Assembly (NCBI RefSeq): GCF_000306885.1
Contig: NC_018267.1
Span: 450,001-482,000, forward strand
Source: Wolbachia endosymbiont of Onchocerca ochengi
Lineage (GTDB): Bacteria > Pseudomonadota > Alphaproteobacteria > Rickettsiales > Anaplasmataceae
Reading direction: 5' to 3'
Length of the DNA stretch: 32,000 nt
The notes under the pieces are model-generated. The model saw only the letters and a program-made list of their open reading frames with translations. It ran no database searches and had not been told where the DNA came from. The translations under genes were made by a program, and so were the position numbers. This document shows positions 1-7,770 of the stretch, in pieces (the stretch's first letter is position 1; each line of letters opens with the position of its first letter).

Positions 1-329
1 TACCGTTAGAAAACGCTGCATTTGGCATTGTGGGCCTTGAAACAATTCTTCCCCTTTCACTTGAACTTTATCACAGTGGGCAAATGAGTTTGTTTGATGT
101 ATTAGCAAAGCTTACATATAAGCCTGCGGATATAATACATGTACCACGCGGTCGTATACAAAAGAACCTCGCTGCAGACTTAATTTTAGTTGACCTGAAT
201 CACGAATGGGAAATTAAGATTGATAGTTTTGCTAGTAAATCAAAAAATTCTCCTTTTGATAAACGCAAGGTAAAAGGGTACACAGTGCGCACTATTGTAT
301 CCGGTAAAACCGTATATTCACATGAATGA
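1..329 (+). CDS. pyrC: dihydroorotase, C-terminal part (5' end lies upstream of the window)
   Basis: Frame is open from nt 3 (PLENAAFGIVGLET...) to TGA at 327-329. Shows the C-terminal DHOase pattern AFGIVGLET ... AADLILVDL..EW.I....F.SKSKNSPF...KVKG....TIVSGK.V. Confidence 0.85.
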   Translation, partial: PLENAAFGIVGLETILPLSLELYHSGQMSLFDVLAKLTYKPADIIHVPRGRIQKNLAADLILVDLNHEWEIKIDSFASKSKNSPFDKRKVKGYTVRTIVSGKTVYSHE

Positions 330-513
330 TTCTTTTCACAGAAAGCTTACTCATATAGCTATATAAAATTTTCATTTTTATGTTAATTTATAACTTTTTT
401 GAGCTTGATAATTTTATTGTGAGTATTAAATGCTGTGTAAAAACACTGACTCTTTTCACTATATTTGATTAATTCTAAGGATTCCGTATACTTTCTTTCC
501 ATAGTTTTTGCTA

Positions 514-1845
514 CTACTTATCCTTTACTTTTTTTAATCTTGCAACGATCCTTTTTCTACCAATAAAAACTAACAACTTAGCAAGTTCAGGACCTGTTTT
601 TGTGCCTGTTAAAGCTAAACGAAGCTGCATAAATAAGTCTTTTGTTTTTGTATCCACTACCTTTCGAATAGCTTTAACCCATTCTGATAATGTGTTTTCA
701 TTACAATCACCTTGCGGCAATACATTGAGCGCAATTTTTATAGTCTCCTTATCAAAAATCACAGGTTCTATATCGGATTTGCATATTTGCCACCACTTTG
801 CTACCTCCGAAAACTTTTCTATATTGCTTCTTATAAAATACCAAAACTCCGAAGAGTTTACTCTGATTTGATTTAGACGCTCTTTCACCGCTTTAAATGG
901 CATCTGCTGCAGAGCTTTACTATTTAGCTTATATACTTCACTCAGACTAAATCGGGTAGATGCTGAGCTAAATTTTTTAATGTCAAATGAGTCAATCAAA
1001 GATTGCATATCAACATGAGCCTTAATAGGATCTGATGTTCCAAGCTTTGCTAAATAGCTAACGAGCGTAATTGGTTCAATTTCATTTTTTTTGATAAGTC
1101 TGATGTCCAATCCACCTTTTCGCTTTGATATCTTGCTATCATTGAAATGTAGCAGAGAAAGGTGAGCAAACGTTGGAGCTTTTGTTTTTAATGCTAGTAT
1201 TATTTGTATTTGCGCTACAGTGTTAGGTATATGATCTTCCCCACGTATGATATGGGTTATATTAAAATCAATATCATCGATGACAGAGGGTAGCATATAT
1301 GTATAAATTCCGTCTTCTCTTCTTACTATAGGATCACTGATGTGACTAGTTGCAATATTTATTTTACCTTTAATTTCATCGTCCCATTTAACGATTTCAT
1401 TTCTATCCAACTTAAATCTAAAATATGGTTTTCGTCCTTCTTGCTCATAACTAGCTTTCTCCTGCTTAGTTAGAAATAGTGCACTTCTATCGTAAATGGG
1501 AGGAAGTCCACGTTTTAGTTGCAGTTTGCGTTTAATATCTAGCTCCTTTCTTGTTTCATAGCATGTATAAATATGCCCTTCTTTTACTAACTGCAAAAAC
1601 ACCTCGTTGTAGCGCTCAAAGCGCTCTGATTGCTTAAAATTTAAATCCCAATCTATATTAACCCATTGCAAGTCTTGTATGATGCTATTTATATACTTGA
1701 TATCTGAACGCTGGAAGTCAGTATCGTCAAAACGAAGCAGAAATTTTCCGTTTTGACTGCGTGTATACATCCAGCAGATAAGTGCGGTGCGAATATTCCC
1801 TACATGAAGATAGCCAGTTGGGCTTGGGGCGAATCTTGTTAGCAT
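514..1845 (-). CDS. gltX: glutamyl-tRNA synthetase
   Basis: 443-aa ORF. GluRS N-terminus [19 protein letters not shown] (HIGH-type HVGN), KMSKS-type KISKRKG, and a C-terminal anticodon-binding region. Confidence 0.9.
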   Translation of the reverse strand: MLTRFAPSPTGYLHVGNIRTALICWMYTRSQNGKFLLRFDDTDFQRSDIKYINSIIQDLQWVNIDWDLNFKQSERFERYNEVFLQLVKEGHIYTCYETRKELDIKRKLQLKRGLPPIYDRSALFLTKQEKASYEQEGRKPYFRFKLDRNEIVKWDDEIKGKINIATSHISDPIVRREDGIYTYMLPSVIDDIDFNITHIIRGEDHIPNTVAQIQIILALKTKAPTFAHLSLLHFNDSKISKRKGGLDIRLIKKNEIEPITLVSYLAKLGTSDPIKAHVDMQSLIDSFDIKKFSSASTRFSLSEVYKLNSKALQQMPFKAVKERLNQIRVNSSEFWYFIRSNIEKFSEVAKWWQICKSDIEPVIFDKETIKIALNVLPQGDCNENTLSEWVKAIRKVVDTKTKDLFMQLRLALTGTKTGPELAKLLVFIGRKRIVARLKKVKDK

Positions 1846-1974
1846 TTATGTCTCTAGCTTCTTTTAATTTTATATAAATATGCAACTAAAGCAAGAAAAG
1901 CAATTTAAGTTTGTGTAAATACTTTGTTTACTAAAAGAGTTTAAGTAGCTAATAGAGATACGAAGCAAAACTAT

Positions 1975-2340
1975 TTAACAGACTTTGCCAGTCTTCTTAT
2001 TGTGATAGTGAAGGTATTTCAATTATCTTTAACTTGTACAAGGTAAGTGATGGAAATATTACGTAGCTTGTGTCTTACGTTTAACTTTTTGTACTATATG
2101 TGCTTTATATCTTTATAAATTTTACCTAAATTTCTAGTTTTTGTCTATGCAGGCTGGGAATGTACTTATAAAGTGTTTAAGACTTTTCAAAAACGCCTAT
2201 GCTAAAAATAGATAGTTCTAAAGTTTCTCTTGTCTTTTTTTACTTAGTAGATTTCTTAGATATTAAGGCAATTCGTGTGCGGCCATTTGTTTTTACAATA
2301 AATGGTGTTATTTCAGCACGTGACGGTAAAATCTGTATTT
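1975..2340 (+). pseudogene. ribD: eroded remnant of riboflavin biosynthesis protein RibD (deaminase part plus start of reductase domain)
   Basis: No open frame. The best fragment, 2271-2336, reads IRVRPFVFTINGVISARDGKIC (compare RibD reductase-domain start RPFV..K.A.SLDGKIA). Weaker collinear fragments lie upstream: LIVIVKVFQLS vs V(I/V)VK...I.S; QAGNVLIK vs .AGI.V. The rest of the reductase domain is missing. Confidence 0.4.
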
Positions 2341-2404
2341 CTTTTTTCTGAATTTTAGTGTTGAGCTACTTAAATAGTAACTATAAATTCTGTTATCTAA
2401 ATAC

Positions 2405-2433
2405 TTGACAAGTAACCTAGTTTTTAGTATAAT
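2405..2433 (+). promoter_or_regulatory. consensus sigma70-type promoter (TTGACA-17 nt-TATAAT)
   Basis: TTGACA at 2405-2410, exact 17-nt spacer agtaacctagtttttag, TATAAT at 2428-2433. Same strand as miaB (ATG 2631), about 200 nt upstream. Confidence 0.5.
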
Positions 2434-2630
2434 TTTACTTATATGAAGGTTGTAGTGGAAATGATGTTGTGTGAGTATCAATATTGAAGTTGAGTTTTCA
2501 TTGTGTAACTGCTTGTTAAATCTCTAGCGTTAGTTGCTTAGTGGTGGCTTTTTATGATGCCTTAAATAGCAGTGCTTACACGGTTGCACTTCATATATCA
2601 GAGTATGTGCCAACTTGCAAGAAGTGTGAG

Positions 2631-3959
2631 ATGAAAGGTTTGTATATCAAGACTTACGGCTGTCAGATGAATATTTATGACTCCGTTTTAATGGAAAATA
2701 TGATTAAGCCTTTGGGGTTCAACGTTGTTAGCGATGTAGGAAAAGCTGATTTGGTAATACTAAATACTTGTTACATTAGAGAAAAAGCGGTAGAAAAGCT
2801 TTATTCAGAGCTTGGGAAGATTTATTTATCGCGAAAGAATAAGGAAGTTATTATAGTAGTAGCTGGATGTGTAGCACAAGCAGAAGGAAAAGAAGTGTTC
2901 AGGAGAGCTCCGTTCGTGTATGCTGTTGTTGGTCCACAGAGTATTGCTACCTTACCAGAGCTGATAGTTAAGGCAAGTAGAGATAAAAACCATGTAGTAA
3001 ACACTGATTTTCCTGAAATTGCAAAATTTGATAAATTGCCAGGTGAATGCTATGGTAATAGCCAAGGATCTTCCGCATTTCTTTCCATACAAGAGGGTTG
3101 TGATAAGTTTTGTACGTTTTGTGTAGTACCTTATACTCGTGGGGTTGAATATTCACGACCAGCGAATGAAATATTTCGTGAAGCGCTGAAATTAGTTGCA
3201 AATGGAACGAAGGAAATCAATTTGCTCGGTCAAAATGTTAATGCTTATCGTGGAGAATTCGAAGGGGATGTGTGGGATTTAGGGAAATTGATTAGTCGTA
3301 TCGCCAAGATTGAAAAGCTAGAAAGAATCCGCTATACGACTTCTCACCCAAGAGATGTGCATGAATCCCTTTACTTGGCGCATGCAGAAGAACCAAAACT
3401 CATGCCATTTATTCACCTGCCTGTGCAGTCAGGTTCAAATAAAATATTGCGTGCAATGAATAGGAAGTATACTGTAGAGGAGTATTTAGAAATAATAAAT
3501 AGGTTTCGCAAATTGAAACCTGAAATTGAATTTTCTTCTGATTTTATTATTGGTTTTCCTGGAGAGACTGAGAGAGATTTTGAGGAAACTATAAAGTTAG
3601 TGGAAAAAGTAGGGTATGCTCAAGCTTATAGCTTTAAATATAGTCCAAGACCAGGTACGCCAGGAGCAGAAAAGGAAGATCAAGTGCCAGAAGAAGTTAA
3701 AACAGAACGTCTTCTTTGTTTACGGAAGTTAATTAATAAGCAACAGCTTGAGTTTAACCAGAGCATGGTAGGTAAAGCTATACCTGTTTTATTTAGTGAT
3801 AAAAAAGGTAAACACCAAAACCAAATTATTGGTAAAAGCCCATATATGCAATCAGTGTGTGTGAGTGATCCTGAAGGTAAATATAGAGATAAAATAGTAA
3901 ATGTGAAAGTACTAGAAGCTTGGCAGAATAGTTTATTAGGAATAAGTTTTAATGATTAG
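2631..3959 (+). CDS. miaB: tRNA-2-methylthio-N6-dimethylallyladenosine synthase (radical SAM methylthiotransferase)
   Basis: N-terminus MKGLYIKTYGCQMNIYDS, radical-SAM cluster motif CDKFCTFCVVP, C-terminal TRAM-like region. Start placed at ATG 2631; the ORF-track start at 2541 adds 30 residues with no MiaB-like sequence. Confidence 0.9.
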   Translation: MKGLYIKTYGCQMNIYDSVLMENMIKPLGFNVVSDVGKADLVILNTCYIREKAVEKLYSELGKIYLSRKNKEVIIVVAGCVAQAEGKEVFRRAPFVYAVVGPQSIATLPELIVKASRDKNHVVNTDFPEIAKFDKLPGECYGNSQGSSAFLSIQEGCDKFCTFCVVPYTRGVEYSRPANEIFREALKLVANGTKEINLLGQNVNAYRGEFEGDVWDLGKLISRIAKIEKLERIRYTTSHPRDVHESLYLAHAEEPKLMPFIHLPVQSGSNKILRAMNRKYTVEEYLEIINRFRKLKPEIEFSSDFIIGFPGETERDFEETIKLVEKVGYAQAYSFKYSPRPGTPGAEKEDQVPEEVKTERLLCLRKLINKQQLEFNQSMVGKAIPVLFSDKKGKHQNQIIGKSPYMQSVCVSDPEGKYRDKIVNVKVLEAWQNSLLGISFND

Positions 3960-4002
3960 CTCTATTAGCCATTTGTTGGAAAATTATCCTTTTGCTTGAA
4001 GT

Positions 4003-4050
4003 AAAGTACTGCTCTAAAATAAGAGAGGTACTTTTTTTCGTTTACCTCTA
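4003..4050 (+). terminator. possible weak terminator hairpins downstream of miaB
   Basis: aaagtac (4003-4009) pairs with gtacttt (4028-4034), followed by tttt. An alternative stem is agaggta (4024-4030) with tacctct (4043-4049). Loops are long (18 and 12 nt). Confidence 0.3.
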
Positions 4051-4435
4051 GTCAATTATTTTTGGATACTATAGTAATTGTAATTCTTTGTTATGCCAAT
4101 ATATGAAGCTTCGTATAGGGTACTTTTAGGTTATCATTAATTTTTTTCTTTTGCGTTTATGATATGTTGCCTGGATTTCTCTGGAATTGTTGTTCTCATA
4201 AAAATGTAAATTATGAGTTGGATTTTTCGTGCCGATGCTTTTATTAGCATTATGAAATCCCTGATAAGATTGTCTTTTTGTTATTACTTTTAGGCATAGT
4301 TATTTTCTTAAATATATTTGGTATATTAATATTTATCAATAAATTAACTCTTATAGAGATATGATTTACATTTTTTTGGATTTGTAATTTTTTGCAAAGC
4401 TCTATACTCTTTAAGCTTTATTCGGTAAAGCGAGC

Positions 4436-7400
4436 ATGAAGCATTATCCTGGTACAACTAGTAGTCCTAATTTTTCTTTATTAGAAAACGCAATCATAAA
4501 ATTTTGGCAGGAGAACAAAATTTTTGAGAGATCGGTTGAAGAACGTTCTAAAGATAATTGTTTTGTTTTTTATGATGGACCTCCATTTGCAAATGGGCTC
4601 CCTCATTATGGACATTTACTTACTGGTTTTATAAAGGATGCATTTGCAAAATATCAAACTATGCTACAAAAGAGAGTTGAACGTAGATTTGGTTGGGATT
4701 GCCATGGGCTACCAGCTGAGATGGGTGCAGAAAAGGAACTTGGAATATCCGGCAGAACTGAAGTGGAAAAATTCGGTATTGAGAAATTCAATAACTATTG
4801 TCGTGCTTCTGTGATGAAATTTTCCTTAAAATGGAAGAAGTATATAAATAGGCAAGCAAGGTGGGTAGATTTTTATAATGGCTATAAAACCATGGATAAA
4901 TCGTTTATGGAGTCAGTTATGTGGGCGTTTAAGCAGCTTTATGATAGAGGTTTAGTGTATGAATCAGTACGCGTTGTTCCATATAGCTGGGCATGTGAAA
5001 CTCCATTATCTAATTTTGAAACAAGACTTGATAACTCTTACAAAGAAAGGACTAGCAAGGCTGTCACTGTTGCATTTGAGCTTTTGGAGAATCCACAGCA
5101 ATTGAAGCAAAAATGTAAGTTGCTTGCTTGGACTACAACCCCTTGGACGTTACCAAGTAACTTAGCTTTAGCAATAGGGAAAGATATTGAATATTGTGCG
5201 GTATTAGTTCGTTCCTTAGTGTCATTCCAGGATGTGACACTGGAATCTACTTCTGAATTTCAGTGTCGAGGTGCTAAGACTATGGAAGACACTGGAATGA
5301 CAATGGAGAGTAATAAAGGAAATTTAGTGAGTGATGAGATATATATCTTTGCTAAAAGCTACTTAGAAAGATTTATCGATTACTGTGAAAAAAATAATAT
5401 TACATATAAAGACTGTAATATAAGGCTTAAAGCAAATGATCTTGTAGGTCTTTCTTATAAACCACTGTTTGATTACTTTAAGGGTACAAGAAATGCGTTT
5501 CGCATTTTTATTGCTGATTATGTTATAGGAGGAGATGGTACTGGTGTTGTGCACACTGCTCCTGGATTTGGTGAAGAAGACTTTTACCTTTGCCATGGTC
5601 ATAATATTCCAGCCGTTTGTCCAATTGATGATAGTGGTAAATTTACTGTTGAAGTTCCAGATTTAGCTGGAGTTCATGTTTTTGATGCCAGCGATATGGT
5701 AATAAGGAAATTGAAGAAACAAGGAAACTGGTTCAAAACTGAGCAATATATTCACAATTATCCACACTGCTGGAGAACTGATACTCCTTTAATCTATCGT
5801 GCTATGCCCTCTTGGTATATTGCTGTGACAAAGTTTAAGAGGAGGATGATGGAGCTAAACAAAAGAGTTAATTGGATACCAAATCATATAAGAGATGGTC
5901 AATTTGGAAAATGGCTTGAAGGAGCACATGATTGGTCAATTTCACGTAATCGGTTTTGGGGTACACCAATTCCTGTATGGAAATCGGATGATGCAAGGTA
6001 TCCAAGAGTGGATGTGTATGGTTCAATAGCAGAACTGGAGCGAGATTTTAATGTTAAAATAGATGATTTGCACAGACCATTTATCGATTCTTTAACAAGA
6101 CCAAATCCTGATGATCCAACGAAAAAATCAGTTATGCGCCGTATATCCGACGTGTTTGACTGCTGGTTTGAGTCTGGCTCAATGCCGTTTGCACAAGTCC
6201 ACTATCCGTTTGAAAATAAGAAATGGTTTAGAGATAATTTCCCTGCAGATTTTATAACTGAATATATAGCGCAAACAAGAGGGTGGTTCTATACGCTTTT
6301 TGTGTTATCCACTGCTTTGTTTGACAGTGAACCATTTAAGAATTGCATATGTCACGGTGTAGTTCTGGATATAAAAGGACAGAAATTATCTAAGCGTTTA
6401 AATAATTATGTAGACCCAATGGAGGTTTTTGATAGGTATGGTTCTGATGCGCTGCGCTTTCTTATGCTGTCTAATTCCATTGTCTGTGGTGGTGATTTAC
6501 TACTTGATAAAGAAGGAAACTTGATACGAGATGTCTTAAGGAACGTGATAAAACCTATTTGGAGTAGTTATCACTTCTTTACTATGTATGCGAATGCAGA
6601 TGAAATTAAAGCTGAAGTTTGTAAAGATTATCAAAGTACTATCGATTGTTACATGATCTCTAAGTGTTTTGAAGCTATAGAAAGCATCCAAATTTCTATG
6701 AACAACTATAATTCTCAAGGAGCTTGCAAAGTTCTGATAGATTTTTTTGAAGTGCTAAATAACTGGTATATTCGTCGCAATCGTAGGCGTTTTTGGAAAA
6801 GTGGTCTAGACCAGAACAAAATTGATGCTTATAATGTCTTATATACAGTTTTTTATTATATATTAAAAGCCGCGGCTCCTTTATTGCCGTTTATAACAGA
6901 GACTATATGGCAGGGGCTTAAGTATGAAGAAACATCTGTTCATTTAGCTGATTTTCCACAGTTAGAAAAGTATGATAGTGAGTTTATTATCAAAATGGAT
7001 TTGGTAAGAGAGGTGTGCAATGCTGCACTTTCTATCAGAAATACTTTTAATATGCGTATCAGGCAACCACTTAGCAGCATGACAATTTATCATCAATTTT
7101 TTTGTGGTTTTTTTGAAGATAATTATCAGGAGATGATAAAGGATGAGGTGAATATAAAAAGCTTAGAATTAGTAAACAGGCTTGAAGATATTGCATCATT
7201 AGAGTTAAAACTAAATTTCCCACTACTTGGAAAGAAGATCCCAAACAAAATCAAGAAGCTAGTTCAATATGTTAAAGAGGGGAAATGGAGGCAGATTGAA
7301 GATGAACAAGTATTTTTAGGGGATAAGTTAGAAAACTATGTTATAGGAAAAGGTGAGTATGAACTATTACTAAAAGTAAATAGAAAATATTCTGCTGTAT

Positions 7401-7711
7401 TTGATAACAACAAAGGGGTTGTTGTCTTAAACACTGAACTAAATGATGAATTAATTCTAGAAGGACTTGCGAGAGATGTAGTGAGGCTTATTCAGGAAAC
7501 TAGAAAACAAGCTGGTTTTCATATATCCGATAGAATTAGAGTAATAGTCAAAACAAAGGATGAGGGAATTAAAAAAGCGGTGGATACATGGAGTGGGTAT
7601 ATAAAAGAGCAAACTCTTGCCTCATCTTTAGAGGTTAGTGTAGAAATAGAAGCCGATTTCTATTTTAAGGAATATCAAAATTTAATAATTGGTGTCAGAT
7701 TAAATTATTAA
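4436..7711 (+). CDS. ileS: isoleucyl-tRNA synthetase, type 2 (eukaryote-like)
   Basis: 1091 aa. HIGH-type PHYGHLL, KMSKS-type KLSKR, editing-domain motif WTTTPWTLPSN, and the long C-terminal extension typical of type-2 IleRS. Confidence 0.95.
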   Translation: MKHYPGTTSSPNFSLLENAIIKFWQENKIFERSVEERSKDNCFVFYDGPPFANGLPHYGHLLTGFIKDAFAKYQTMLQKRVERRFGWDCHGLPAEMGAEKELGISGRTEVEKFGIEKFNNYCRASVMKFSLKWKKYINRQARWVDFYNGYKTMDKSFMESVMWAFKQLYDRGLVYESVRVVPYSWACETPLSNFETRLDNSYKERTSKAVTVAFELLENPQQLKQKCKLLAWTTTPWTLPSNLALAIGKDIEYCAVLVRSLVSFQDVTLESTSEFQCRGAKTMEDTGMTMESNKGNLVSDEIYIFAKSYLERFIDYCEKNNITYKDCNIRLKANDLVGLSYKPLFDYFKGTRNAFRIFIADYVIGGDGTGVVHTAPGFGEEDFYLCHGHNIPAVCPIDDSGKFTVEVPDLAGVHVFDASDMVIRKLKKQGNWFKTEQYIHNYPHCWRTDTPLIYRAMPSWYIAVTKFKRRMMELNKRVNWIPNHIRDGQFGKWLEGAHDWSISRNRFWGTPIPVWKSDDARYPRVDVYGSIAELERDFNVKIDDLHRPFIDSLTRPNPDDPTKKSVMRRISDVFDCWFESGSMPFAQVHYPFENKKWFRDNFPADFITEYIAQTRGWFYTLFVLSTALFDSEPFKNCICHGVVLDIKGQKLSKRLNNYVDPMEVFDRYGSDALRFLMLSNSIVCGGDLLLDKEGNLIRDVLRNVIKPIWSSYHFFTMYANADEIKAEVCKDYQSTIDCYMISKCFEAIESIQISMNNYNSQGACKVLIDFFEVLNNWYIRRNRRRFWKSGLDQNKIDAYNVLYTVFYYILKAAAPLLPFITETIWQGLKYEETSVHLADFPQLEKYDSEFIIKMDLVREVCNAALSIRNTFNMRIRQPLSSMTIYHQFFCGFFEDNYQEMIKDEVNIKSLELVNRLEDIASLELKLNFPLLGKKIPNKIKKLVQYVKEGKWRQIEDEQVFLGDKLENYVIGKGEYELLLKVNRKYSAVFDNNKGVVVLNTELNDELILEGLARDVVRLIQETRKQAGFHISDRIRVIVKTKDEGIKKAVDTWSGYIKEQTLASSLEVSVEIEADFYFKEYQNLIIGVRLNY
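5210..5330. repeat. in-frame nested palindromic element inside ileS
   Basis: gtcattccag (5221-5230) is the exact reverse complement of ctggaatgac (5292-5301). An inner 11-bp stem pairs gacactggaat (5236-5246) with atttcagtgtc (5257-5267), with one G:T. gacactggaat repeats directly at 5288-5298. The element encodes an extra ~40 aa (RSLVSFQDVTLESTSEFQCRGAKTMEDTGMTMESNKGNLV). Confidence 0.55.
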
Positions 7712-7770
7712 GTAGTTGAAAATTATCATTATTTATGCAACACTTAAGTTGCTTCAAATGAGGTTACGGT

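Noticed and set aside
353-364. Perfect 12-bp palindrome atatagctatat between the convergent pyrC and gltX
   Set aside because: It is short and pure A/T except for the central GC, which is easily produced by chance in this composition. It has no terminator-like T-run or second copy.
2441-2600. Idea that the transcript from the consensus promoter is a 6S-type RNA
   Set aside because: Only an 8-bp terminal pairing (2442-2449 with 2590-2597) is visible. I could not extend it into the long interrupted closing stem and central bubble expected for 6S RNA.
2541-2630. 30-codon N-terminal extension of miaB from the ORF-track start (GTG 2541)
   Set aside because: The extension (MVAFYDALNSSAYTVALHISEYVPTCKKCE) has no MiaB-like sequence. 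The canonical MiaB N-terminus MKGLYIKTYGCQMN begins at ATG 2631.
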